Assembly (NCBI RefSeq): GCF_018977255.1
Contig: NW_024704742.1
Span: 81,036,001 to 81,100,000 of the forward strand
Source: Callorhinchus milii
Taxonomy: Eukaryota
Reading direction: 5' to 3'
Length of the DNA stretch: 64,000 nt
Numbering within the stretch: position 1 is the first letter of the stretch; every line of letters starts with the position of its first letter. This document shows positions 51,151-63,742 of the stretch, one piece after another. Below the pieces are notes generated by a model that had not been told where the DNA came from, did not search any database, and worked only from the letters and a program-made list of their open reading frames with translations. A program made the position numbers and the translations under genes.

Positions 51151-52692
51151 CCTTCCTGTATGAGGGTTTCAGCTTTTTTTTAAGCAGAGTACCCAAAGTA
51201 GAGGTACCGTGGACATTACTGAACACTGAGATATTAACTGCTGGTATGCTGCTGGCAACACAGTGACTCCCTGGAGACCATTTGAACAATGATTGAGTAG
51301 TGTAATGGGTAGGAGGAGATCAACATTGTAGGGCTGTCCGTACAGCCACCTACTGCATGATGTGCCCAGTTCACTTAGTTTAAAGCTAAAAGAAAGCCCT
51401 TTCTTCTTCAACGACTCAGAGCTGAGGTATCCTCTCTCTCCTGCTCCCTGGCTGTTAGAACAAATTTCTTAACAGGATTTTAAGAAATCCCAATATAATT
51501 CCCATTGAGGTGTGAGAACTCAACTCTAGATACCGGAGCAGAATTCCTGCAGGTTGGTGTGATGGGCTTCAGGTACTATTTGTGTGACTGATTCCTTCTT
51601 AAAAGAATCTGGTTAAGCAAATCCCCAAATTTGAGTCTGATTATCAGAAGGCTATGATGATCAGCAGATGTCCATTGATGAGTGAAACTCAGTTATTTTC
51701 CGACAGCATCTATGTTTTCCATTGGTACAAGGCATAGTTACAGGCAGCATGTATAATGAATTGTATTTCTGTCTGTATTTTTTAGCTTAATCTCAGTTGT
51801 TTTTAGAATAACAGTGATTCACTTTACGTTGCTGAGCTGCATGTAAACAGAGCTTGTGTTATTTGTTGACGAGATCTTGTTTTCCAGCATGGATGGGATG
51901 TCAATTACTTGTGTTCCTCTTACCAGTAAACCTGTTTTTCTGTGTTATTCCTTAATGAGGAAATAAGATTAATATTCACTGTTCCAAAATAATTGTATCG
52001 GGAGTTTAGGAAACATATATTTTGTACAATTCGCCCACAAAATACAATCAAATTCACTGTACAATATATTTTGTGAAGCACTTTGGATGTCTTGATGACA
52101 TAATATGACGCTATATCAAATCCAAGGATTATTATTATTATTACATTTGTACAGCTAAGCAGTTGTGCTGTTCAGCTATTTGGTGCCCCCAAAACAGCTC
52201 ACCTTTTAATGTTCGTCAAAGGCTATTGTCATGTATTCTAAGAACATTTGATGGGGCCATTTAATGGAAGAATTGACCAGAGACTGAATTGATTTGCACT
52301 GTCTGCATTTATACTGAATAGTTGTGAGAAAAGCTATCCTTTCAAAGTTCACCTACTCAAGGGTCATTCACTGTCTTCCCACAAATGAAAATCACTTTGC
52401 AAGTGTGTGCCCATGGCTGTATTTATTAACCTTATTTTCAGCATTGATTCAGTGTCAATTTTAATGAATTGAGGTTCAAAGTGCAGTATGACTGTGCCTT
52501 ATCACATCTTTGAGACATTTCAAAGCGTTTCACAGGATTTGCCATAAAGTGTAGTCACTGTGTATTTTGTAAGTGAACATGGCAGTCTATTTGCACACAC
52601 CAAAGTCTCACTAACAACCATCAAGTGAATGATCAATTTTAAGATGCAATTCAGGACAGGCTCAAGGAAATACTTCTTTACTCAAAACATAA

Positions 52693-52986
52693 GGGTCCAG
52701 TAGCTCAATGGTTAGAGCACTCGCCTCACAAGCGAGAGACCTGGGTTCGATTTCTGGCAGTTTCCTTACTCCACACACCTGATAATAATCCATCAAGAAA
52801 AAAAAACAATAATAATTTGGTCACTTTAATCCATGACTGTTTGTGGGACACTGCTGTGCGCAATTGGCTGCCGCATTTCGCCCACAAAAACGCAGTCAAT
52901 TCACTTTACAGCATATTCTGTGAAGCGCTTTGAGACGTCTAGAAGATGTGAAAAGCACTATATCAAGTTCAAGTATTATTATTATA
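52693..52986 (+). mobile_element. Chimeric SINE, short body with CAC loop, inserted in an old CR1 3' fragment
   Basis: gcactcgcctcacaagcgagagacctgggttcg..ccacacacctgataataat. Confidence 0.9.
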
Positions 52987-53718
52987 ATTAGTAACTGGAA
53001 GGCGTTATCAGGAAGAGTGACACTAGACTCAATTGAAAAACAGCAGCTTTAATCTTCGATGCAAGGACGATAGGGCTAGTATTCTAGAAGGATAAAAATC
53101 AAATGGATCAAAGGTACCTTCTTCATTAAATCCATATTCTGTTCTTATGAAGATTATAACTTATAATTTTCCATTTTATACCAGCTGCGAAACATTGCCT
53201 AAAGTGGTGCATCATCAGAGCAATGTGAGACTACCTCCCCGAAGTAGGCATCCAGCTCATAAAACTCTAGCAATAGTGCAGTCTGTGTCTATTCAACATA
53301 TGAATTGCATTGAGCCAACACAAATTATGTAGTATAAGTGCTCAATTATTCAGCCATGTTTAGCCTCTCATGCAAAAAGCTAACAAAAAAGTGGACTGGA
53401 TCTATTCAGTCTGGGGGCCACTGTGAGATTCAGTCTGCGGGCCACTCCTCCTGTGTTGTATTTATGGTTTGGTATAAAAAAGATGAGAGTTGTAGGTGAC
53501 CTTTTATCTGACATCAATGTCAAATACTTGCATTAATAAAACAATGCAAGGATTATAATTATTATTTATTATTATTTGGAGACATGTTTTTCACTGCAAT
53601 CTGCACTTGTGTCCATGTGTGCACGAGTATCTGTCTTTTTAATATAATTTATGTGTATGCTTTACTTCTATTTATCTGTTTGTGTCTTTTAATACTGTTT
53701 ATCTGAGCCTTTTAACTA

Positions 53719-54070
53719 GTGTGAAAAAAATATTGTATGTGATGTGATAATTATCACATGAAGGGATGTTTCTCTCCTGGAGATGACCCATTTATAACTG
53801 CTGTGGGTCAACACCTCCCCTGACTAATTTAAAACAATTTTATCCAAAAACTGGTTATCGCAGCTATTGAGCTGGCTGGTTGGTAATACCTTTGAAACTG
53901 GCGTTTCATAGATCCCAGCATTTCAGTGCTGGTTCAGGAAATACCAGCTTAACTCAACTACACGATGGCAGGATGAAAAATACTGGGTCATCTCCAACAG
54001 CGGAATATCTCATTCTGTTAGATTAATATCACCTGTGATGATTATCACCTCCCACATCACATTTTTCACC
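53719..54070. mobile_element. MITE-like element with imperfect terminal inverted repeats (TIRs) of about 40 bp
   Basis: gtgaaaaaaat..gatgtgataattatcacatg versus cctgtgatgattatcacctcccacatcacatttttcac. Confidence 0.55.
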
Positions 54071-55249
54071 TTATTTTGTGTTCTTGTGCCTTTTTACTGT
54101 TTGGGTGGCTGTTTGGATAGAAATTCTTTACTTTTATTTATATATGTATATGTTGCCTATGTGCATGTTTGACTAGTATTTATGCAAGTGTAGGTATGGT
54201 TTACTGCCATTTATGGATATGTATGCTTTATTACTATTTTATGTATGTGTGTTTTATTACTGTCTGTATGCTTGTGGACATGTGTGTTTGTGTGTAATCA
54301 CTGTAACCCAAACTTCAGCAATCCAGAATTACACAGGAAAAACTTTTACAAACAAGATTTAGATTTTTTTCAGCTTCTTAATGGGCTGATCTTTAAGAAC
54401 AGGATGTCTGACATCTGGTCTTTGTTAGTGATCTGCATTCACTGCTTGACTGTTAAGCTCATAGAGCTATGATAACAACATAAGTTAGTATGTCTGGTTA
54501 CGTGAGGCTGAGCAGGGTCTTTTTGGGGGACGCCAGACACAATTGAAAAGTTTTGCCAACAGCATTAAGTAAAGTTTACCTTTGAATGAAGTTAACCTTC
54601 AGAGTTCAGGATATCCTTTGCACCTTTCACGTTACAGATTACCAGATAAACTGAGCTGAATGTAAACGTGCCAAAGTTGCAATGACAAGTGAAAATGCCT
54701 GAAATAAAAGCCTCCTGTTCTCTCGATAAAACTGGTAAAAATTTGAAAAGCCTTGTTTGGAAATGGGGGATGGGGTTCCGTCCCAAACCTATCACAAAGT
54801 TTAAATTTTAAGGACATTTTAAACACAATTTCTACCCTGTCAATAAAAATAATTAAGGAATAGAATATTGAATATCACATTTCCCTCTTCACTCCCTCCC
54901 CTAGTGTTTCATTACTTAACACAGTGAATATTATCATTCTAATGTTTGGTGTCTCTCTACACCAGTAACAGCTTCTTGTGAAAGCTCACAGTTTGTGCAG
55001 CTTCAGCTATTGAATGAGCAGTTGTTTAGATGAGCTTAAGTACGCCCATTACAACATGATTGGTTTTAACAAACAATGATGAAGATAAAGTCCGCTGCAC
55101 TTTCATGGCTTTTCAGAGCTCCAGAGTCCTGAAAGCCCTGACATTTTGAACAGCTTCCTAAGTTATGTCAACCAATGTTTTTCATCGACAGACCTCTTGA
55201 CATAGTTATGTAATAATAATAATCCTTACATTTGGCATAGTGACTTTCA

Positions 55250-55495
55250 TGTTTGTGGGTTCAAGCCCCACGATGGGACTTGGAATCACATTGTCTAAGC
55301 TTGAACTCCAATGCAGGGCTGGAGGTGTGTTGCACTGTCAAAGGTGCCGTTCTTCAGATGAGATGTTTAAATTGAGGTCCCGTTTGCTTGTCCAAATGGA
55401 CATTAAATATCCCATAGCACTATTTGAAAAGAGAAGGGAATTCATCCAGTATCCTAGAAACCCTCAGATAAAAATGTTCATTCACTTCATGGCTT
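55250..55495 (+). mobile_element. Deu-domain SINE fragment
   Basis: gtgggttcaagccccac..ggtgccgttcttcagatgagatg..atcccatagcactattt. Confidence 0.78.
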
Positions 55496-56644
55496 CACTA
55501 GCCATTGCTGATTGGAAATAATTCAGTTTCTTAAGTGACAGAATTGTGGCCTTTCCCACCTCATGGGAAAGTTTAGAGATGGTTAGGAATGTGTTCCAAG
55601 TTGCAATATACCCCAGGGGTTTGAATGATGTTATACAAGTCTTCTCATAGGCTGAGAATGTTTGTTTCCATAATTCACAGGAAAGCCATCTGGAATAAAA
55701 CTGGAGGAGGAAAATGAGGAAAAGTAGGAATCAAAATTGCTCACTGAAAGGGAGTATTTTATGTAGTTCCTGATTGTTGAAATGACCAGTTCAGAGGTGT
55801 GTCCATGCCACTGTTAGTATTTATGAGAGTTTTCTTTAATCTCTCTTAATGTAGACTTTGGTATCATTAACAAAAGGGCAGAAAGGGCAGTCTGGTAGGA
55901 TGCTCCTTCCTTTTTGCAAGACCATGGCTTCTGTTCAGCATCTCAATGGCTAATAAATAGTTGAGACTAGCAACTCACTGAGTGAGGACCTTGGCAGCAT
56001 GTGAAACATTGCAATTTATGAAAATAGCTGGCATAAGACTTTCACACTGTGTTTTTGTGTTCACAGAAACTAGTTCTGGGGAGGTGCTTGCTGAGCCTTT
56101 TTGCTAAAGTGGAGCTAGTGGCCAGACATAAAATTTGCAGTTATTTTAGTTTCTCTGCACAACAAATACGATTTTCAACAATCCACAATATTTCCCAATT
56201 TAAAATATTAGCCATGATATCGGCAATTCTACCTCAGCAAAAGTGTGTGGGAGGGAGGGAGGGAGAGAGAGAGAATGAGAGATTTTACATTTGGGATATT
56301 GCAGCATGTGTAAAACAAAAGTGAGTACCCAGGGTCTATAAATCCTTTCTGGGAAATTAACTCAGACATCAATTAACCAGCAATTTTTGAACCGTGACAT
56401 ATATTACATCGCAGAACTGGTAGCGATGCACTGATGAGATACACCAGGCGCACTCGAGTGTAACTAACATATTAGATCGGTCATGGGGGTGTTGCAGAAG
56501 AAGTAATTGATGCCAGCCATAGTTAGTGAACAAAACAAATCAACTCTATTAGGGCCCAAAGTCAACAGACTGGGTAAAACGTGTGTTTGCTTTGCTCCTC
56601 TCTAGATACTTTGTTCCTAGGTGCAGGAACACCCCTTATAACAA

Positions 56645-57040
56645 TAATAATTTAATAATCCTTGCATTTCATATACCGCCTTATAACATCTTTGAGATGT
56701 CTCCAACTGCTTCACAGAGTATATTGTAAAGTGGATTAAATATGTATTTTGTGGGCGAAACGCAGCGACCAATTTGCGCACATGAATTTTTACAAGGGGG
56801 AGTATTTTAATAAGGACTGAGTATTTTAAAACTTGCATTTGTATTCCTATCTTGATTACCAAAAATACAAGATATAGATTTCGATCACTCACAAAGAGTA
56901 CCACAAACAGCCATGGAGTGAATGATAATCAATTTTATTTGGTCAGGACACCAGGATAAACTATCTTCCCTTATTGAATAGCGTCATGGGAACTTTAATG
57001 TCCACCTAAACAGGCAGATGGGACTTTGGTTTACGTCACC
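56645..57040 (-). mobile_element. SINE (Deu body) with an internal insertion
   Basis: Tail at 56645-56782; core gtccacctaaacaggcagatgggactttggttta. Confidence 0.72.
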
Positions 57041-57111
57041 ATTAGGATCCTCTCAAGGAACTTGCGAAGGCTTTCCATCTGCGGGAACCCTGGGCTATCT
57101 CATTGGGAGAT

Positions 57112-58392
57112 TCTGCCCACAGCACAGAAACAGCCCTGGTCAAAGTGACAAATGACATTCTGTCCATCTGCAACCAGGACTCCCTCTGTCTCCTCATCCT
57201 CCTTGACCTCCCTGCTGTCTTTAACACCGTTGACCACTCTATCCTTATCCACCATATCTCCTCTCATCTCAACCTTCACAGTTCTGTCCTTCAATGGTTC
57301 AGATTGTACCTCTCATGCCTCCTCCACTTGATCTCCATAAATGGTTTCTATTCTAGTCCCCACACCATCTCATATGGTATTCCTCAGGGGTCTGTCATTG
57401 GTCCCCTCCACTTCAATATCTATACACTCCCTCTTGGTGACATCATCCGCAGAATGGGTCAATTTCCACATGTATGCGGATGAAACTCAACGTTCTGTTA
57501 GGACAGCAGTGGTCCTGGAGTCAAGGGTGGAGGCAGAATGTCTGTGAGTCATCAAGTCCTGGATGAAAGCTAACTTTCTTCAGTTGAGCTTCAACATGAC
57601 CGAGACCTTCTTGATTGGCTCCCGTCAGTGCCTCTACACCTCAGGCGCTGTCAGCATCACCATCCATAGTTACACACTCCATCTCACTGAGCCAGTCCGG
57701 AACCTTGGCGTTTTGTTTGACCCTCAACTATACTTTCTACCCCACATCTGTGCCATAACCCGCTCTGCCTTCCCCCACCTCTGCAACATTGCCTGGCTCT
57801 GCCAATGTCTCACAGCGCAGAACGCCGAAACCCTCATAGGCGTATTCATAACATCGAGGCTTGACTATGCAAACTCCTTGCTTGTCGACCTCCCCAACTC
57901 CTCCATAGGCTGCAAATCATCCAGACTTCTGCAGCCCATGTCCTCTCCCGCACCAGGCTCCATAACCCTATCACCCCCATCCTCGCCCGATTCCACTGGC
58001 TTCCCATCACACAGAGGATATAGTTCAAGATCCTGGTCCTCACCTTCAAAGCTCTCCATGGCCTTGTCGCCCCTGCCTCTGCGACCTCCTCATCCCCTAC
58101 CATCCTGCCCACTTCCATCGCTTAGCGGGCTCCCGCTGGCTTCACATCCCCTGCCTTGCCCGCCCCACCATTGGCGGGTGGGCCTTCTACCACTCTGCCT
58201 TCACTCTCTGGAGTTCCATCTCGCAGTCCCTCTGCCTCATCCCCTCCCCTGTCTCCTTCAAAATTCATCTCAAGACCCTCCTCTTTGACTGCTTTAGATC
58301 ACCCAGCTCGGGTCCGAAACTCTGACTGTCCAGCACCTTGGGACATCCCGCCGACATGAAAGACACTATACAAATGTAATTTTGTTGTTGTT
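57112..58392 (+). mobile_element. L2 LINE, 1.3-kb 3' portion (RT to tail)
   Basis: [55 protein letters not shown], (TTG)n tail. Confidence 0.93.
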
Positions 58393-58789
58393 GGTCATGG
58401 GGCAGCATCAGCTGATGCTGCTGAGTTGGGAAGGTGCAATCCCTGTGCTCGCTGCTTGCAAACTGAACAATAGTGATCTCCTGCCCAGTCACAGAGTCCA
58501 AGCCCATTACAATATATTCACTACCAGTTAGCAACATATGACAAAGATTTTAACTTTTTCATATCTTTCCTCTCATTTCCATCTATGGGGGGTTGCCGTG
58601 TATCATGTGAAAAATTATCACTGGTGATTATTATTACATCACATAGTGCATTTCTTATCCCAACCCCAACTACTCCCACCATAATAGAAGACTGCAATGT
58701 GCAGGAAATGGCTATTCTGGAAGAAGTGAATTAAACTGCAGGAATGAAACTGATATGTGGTTTATGAATTCTGCGAGTGTTAAGCTTTG

Positions 58790-59482
58790 CAGGCGAATGC
58801 GGCGGCCAATTTGCACAGAGTAATGTCCCACAAAAAAACATGAATTGAATGAACAATTTAATCTGGCAGTTTGTGGGGCCAGATCATCCAGACACCAGCT
58901 TTAAGGCTTTGAACAAAATGCCCTATTGATTTTTTTTTCTTTCCATATCTTTTGTTTTGGTCATCGAGACAAGAATGCCAATGCAATTTGCGAAATACTT
59001 CAGTTTTTATTTCCCTCACCTCTCCCCTCCCCCTGTTAAAATTCCTATCTGCTGACTTTTGCTTCCCCACCCCCTTTTTTTGCCATTATATTTCCTTCTC
59101 ACTGTTAGCACTCATAACCCAGAGATTTATACCGCAAGCAGCAATGAGTTACAACTTTAAATCTGTTCCTGTGCTTTCAGTTTGGCTTTCATTAGTGCTT
59201 TCTTTGTTCCTCCTGCTCTCAGAAACTGGCCTCTCATGCAGCATAATTTCGTAGATTCACTTAAAAGAAAGAATAAATATTTGTAATCCTTACATTTGAT
59301 ATAGCACCTTTCATGTCGAGAGGACTTCTCAAAGCGCTTTCCGGGATTCACTGTAATGCGTTGTGACTTTGAAGGCGAATGCGGCGGCCAATTTGCGCAC
59401 AGTAATGCCCCGCAAAAAAACATGAATTGAATGAACAATTTTACCTGGCAGTTTGCTGGCCAGGACACCAGGAGAAACTCCA
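58790..59482 (-). mobile_element. Two near-identical Deu-SINE 3' fragments (58790-58885, 59280-59482)
   Basis: Shared ggcgaatgcggcggccaatttgc..aaaaaaacatgaattgaatgaacaattt..ctggcagtttg. Confidence 0.75.
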
Positions 59483-59964
59483 TTATATTATGAACAAAAA
59501 ATATAAAATAAAAGGTTCGCTCACAGAATAAATGTCAAGTTTATGCCCTTTCCAATGATGAATCAATGATATAAGGATGATCCAACATCTGAAACTGAGG
59601 GGGTAGTGAAAGATTTAATTTTATACTGAGGAGGTTAACGTTCAGAATCAGATCGGTTTGTGGGGGAGCTGGAGAAGGAATTCACCACCAATGTTTTGTG
59701 TATATCTCATCTCCCGCCCTATGGCTCTTTTCTCAGCTGGTGCTACATAACTATAAATTTAAACAAGAAACTATTGAGATAGAAGACCACTGAGGTCTAG
59801 ATTTACTCCATTCATGTAACATTTCAGAGATTCCAGAATTTTGCAAATTGTTGAATTTACTCTGAATGTTGGGGCCCCTTTTTCTGCAGTTCTTAAAAAG
59901 AAACGTGCAGAAAAATTGCTTCACAATTAATGACTGTGTTTAAAAATTTGCTATATCCTGGACG

Positions 59965-61896
59965 ATCTGGAACACTTGCCTCCTTCAAAGACCATCTCAA
60001 GACACTCCTCTTTGACTGCGCCTTAAGTCACTCTCCTACCTGCCCTCCACCCCTCCTGATCCCAACCCCCAGCTCGCTTGCAAATCCTTTCCTGTCTAGA
60101 TTCATAGATTCATAGAATGTTACGGCACAGAAGGAGGCCATTCGGCCCATCGAGTCTGTGCCGGCTCTTTGACAGAGCAAGTCACTTTCACTAATCCCAA
60201 TCACCATCTTTCTCCCTATAACCCTGCAACCCCGTCTTCCCCAGATACCTATCCAGTTCTCTCTCAAAAGCTGTTATCGAATCGGACTTCACTACCCTTT
60301 CAGGCAGATCATTCCAAATTCAAACAACTCGCTGAGTGAAAAAAATTCTTCTAACCTCCCCTCTGCTTCTTTTGGTAGATATCTTAAGACTGGGTCACAG
60401 ACACACCTACAGCGGAAACAGCTTTTCCTTATCTAGCCTGTTGAAACCTTTCATGATCTTGAAGACCTCTTTCAGGTCCCCGCGTAACCTTCTCTGCTCT
60501 AATGGGAAAAGTCCTAACTTCTCCAGCCTGTCCTCATAGCTAAGGTTCCCCATTCCTGGTATCATTCTCGTGAATCTCCTCTGCACCCTTTCCAGTGCCT
60601 TAATGTCCTTCCTGATGTAAGGTGCCCAGAACTGGGCGCAGTACTCCAGCTGAGGCCTAACCAGTGTTTTGTATAGATTGACCATAACCTCCCTACTCTT
60701 ATACTCTATGCTCCTACTAATAAAGCTCAGTACACCAAATGCCTTTTTTACTGCCTGATCTACCTGCCCCGCTACCTTTAATGATTCGCTGACTTGAACA
60801 CCCAGATCTGTCTGTACGTTCACCCCCCTTAAGATTGAGCTACCAAGTCTATATTGCTTCCTATCATTTTTCCTACCTAAGTGTATCACCTCACACTTAT
60901 CTACATTGAAATCCATCTGCCACATGTCAGCCCATTCCACCATTCTGTGTATGTCTGCTTGCAGTTGGTTACAGTCCTCCTCACTATTTACTACCCTACC
61001 TAACGTTGTATCATCTGCAAACTTGGAAATAGTGCACTCTGTGCCCAAGTCCAGATCATTAATATATATTAGAAAGAGCAGTGGTCCCAATACCAATCCC
61101 TGGGGGGCACCGCTTCACACCTACTTCCATTTCGAGAAACACCCATTAACCACTACCCTCTGCTTTCTGTCACTCAGCCAGTTCCTAATCCAAACTGCCA
61201 CTGTCCCCTTAATACTGTGGGCCTCTAATTTTTTTATTAATCTCTTATGCGGTACTGTGTCAAAAGCCTTTTTGAAATCCATGTAAATAATGTCCACCGC
61301 ATTTCCCTCATCAACCCTCGCAGTCACCTCTTCAAAAAATTCTATTAGATTTGTTAGGCAAGATTTGCCTTTAACAAATCCATGTTGGCTGTCTCTAATT
61401 ACCTCATGTTCCTCTAAGTAGAGATCTATTCTGTCCCGGATTATGGTCTCCAAAAGTTTTCCTATTACCGAAGTTAGGCTGACTGGCCTGTAATTTCCGG
61501 GTTTGTCTTTCTGCCCCTTTTTGTAGATGGGGTAACATTAGCCACTCTCCAGTCTCTTGGCACCGGTCCTGTGTCCAATGAAGATTGAAATATAATGGCC
61601 AAAGCCTCTGCTATTTGAACCCGTATCTCCCACAGCGACCTTGGGTGAAACCCATCTGGTCCTGGTGACTTATCAATTATGAGCCCAGTCAATCTTTTCA
61701 GAACTTCCTCTCTGTAGTAATTTGATCTATTTCCTCTACCCTCTCATCGAATACTGCGGCATTTGGGGCATCCATTTCCGTTGTGAAGACAGATGCAAAG
61801 TACTCGTTTAGTACATCAGCCATGCCCTCTGCCTCTCGCGTCTTGGGACATTCTCCCAACATGAGAAGTGCTATACAAATGTAATTTGTTGTTGTT
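59965..61896 (+). mobile_element. L2 3' end split by the CR1 insertion (59965-60095 and 61838-61896)
   Basis: ctgtcta|gcgtcttgggacattc joins colinearly with the intact L2 end at 58303-58392. Confidence 0.8.
60096..61836 (-). mobile_element. 5'-truncated CR1 LINE with RT domain and 3' tail, relatively young
   Basis: EAEGMADVLNEYFASVFT, KSPGPDGFHPR, SQHGFVKGKSCLTNL, DFKKAFDTVPH, VLGPLLF, SKFADD, LEYCAQFW; tail ttctatgaatctatgaatc; few stops and frameshifts. Confidence 0.96.
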
Positions 61897-62419
61897 AGCA
61901 GAGTTAATCTAGACCCATGTGGAATTGTATCCCTTATAACTACATCTAACCCAAAGTCTATTGCACAAAACAAAAGTTCTTGAGTTATTTTTTTAAGGGG
62001 AATCTTGAGAAGCATCTTGTGCTGGTCATTGATTGTTTAAAGTAAGTAATCTGAGCTGTTTTATTTTAATTTGGTACTTGTAAATGTTTTATCTTTTTTT
62101 TGACTGCTTGATGCTAAACATTTTAATACTTAAATTATTATGGCCTTTAAATTTTCCACCTTTTCAATTATTCCGTGGTTACAGCAGAGACAGGAGTCAA
62201 AGCATTTCATTATTGTCCCAGCCTCTACACAGTAGAGTCTCCAGATTGGCATTGTGTGACCATCAACGACAACAAAGTTACATTTGTATAGCGCCTTTCA
62301 TGTCTAGAGGTCGTCCCAAGGCGCTGACCGCTCACTCACTGGCAGCCTGTTTGTTGTCGTTAGTTGTGATCAGCACTAAAAGGAAATGAACAAATAATAA
62401 TAATAATAAAAAGTTACAA

Positions 62420-62636
62420 TGGGTGTCAGCCTGGCTCACTTTCCTTATTTCAGGAGTTTCAGTTACACTGACAAACAATCTTCCCAATAAAATTGTTCAT
62501 TCATTTCATTTGCCTGTAAAGGTTACATTGGTCCACAAAACACACAGTCACTACACTTCACAGTGAATCCTGTGAAGTGCTTTTGAGATGTCCTCCTGAC
62601 CTGAAAGGCACTATATGAAATGAAGGATTATTATTA
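62420..62636 (+). mobile_element. Deu-SINE, internally deleted
   Basis: gggtgtcagcctggctca head joined to the 3' body and tail. Confidence 0.72.
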
Positions 62637-63439
62637 ATATTTTTAATGTTGTGTTTTTCGATAAGGAATGAAACCAACCTTATACCAATAAGCGCAGGTT
62701 CATGTCTTTTTGTGACAGCAATAATATGTCAACCAGTTAAGAATGAGGGATATCTCATTGCACATGACTTCTTGGATGCAAGCATGGCTGCACGTGTCTG
62801 GGTTCTGTTTGCAGTCACGGAGTGCGTGTGGGTTTGTGTTTGTGAGTGGTTAGCATTTTTAGTGTACCCATGGCAATATGAAGCAGCATCAGTTCAGCAC
62901 AGCCAAAGTCCGGGGCTAGAAATTAATCCAGGGGCAGACATCAATAAAAGTATACAGGGAAGCCAAGCTGTGTTCCTGAAAAATTCCCTGTGAAAGTCGA
63001 AAATTTAAAGCTACAATGCCTATATTGTTGCAGCACGAGTGTTCAATAAAATATGTTACCTCCTTGCCAGGAGCATGTAATGCATTCCCAGAGGCATTTC
63101 AGCAGTTGGAAACACTTCAGTCTGCCCAACGGTCGACTCAAGCTTTTTCCTTATAAGGCAATTTAATTCCTGCACAGTAGAATGACAAGAAGCCAAAGTG
63201 TCAATTCTGCAAGCAATAGACCACGGCAGCCTTTGTCTCTACAGGGGCCCAGGTTTGTTGTCCAGACCTGACTCCCGGCCTTTGTCCATGAAGCAGATCA
63301 TATTTGTGACTGCACCGCAAGACCACAAAACTGTACAACAACAATTCAGAATGGTATCTTGTTGCCTGTGACTTCTCTCTTGCCATCCAAACTGTACTGT
63401 GTAAAGTACACAAGGGCTTGACAATTCATAAAGTCTAAT

Positions 63440-63742
63440 AGTAATCATAATCATTGCATTTAATATAGCACCTTATAATTTCTGAGCTGTACACTTCTGA
63501 GTTTTCTGGAAAGTGTAGTGACTATGCATAAGCAAATGCAGCAGCTAATTTGCGCACAGCAATGTTCCACAAAAAAACATGAGCTGAATGATCAATATTT
63601 TTTTATCTGAGGATTGTTGATCAGGACTCCACGGTCACCCGAATTTTAACGTCCACCTGAACAGACAGGCAGGACCTTGGTTTAACATTTCATTCCTAGG
63701 ATGGGATCTCTGACAATGCAGCAAACCCACAGCACTACAATG
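63440..63742 (-). mobile_element. Deu-domain SINE
   Basis: ttttaacgtccacctgaacagacaggcaggaccttggtttaacattt. Confidence 0.8.

Noticed and set aside
60407..61453. Reverse transcriptase ORFs as a retron or other novel RT system
   Set aside because: Typical CR1 motifs and 3' tail, broken by stops and frameshifts, in a vertebrate context.
45458..61836. The + strand CR1 5' half ends at 'NLIVEA' and the - strand CR1 begins at 'EAEGMADVL', suggesting one element split by a 16-kb inversion
   Set aside because: The 60096-61836 copy sits inside an L2 end that is colinear on both sides, so it is an ordinary 5'-truncated insertion. The shared breakpoint looks coincidental.
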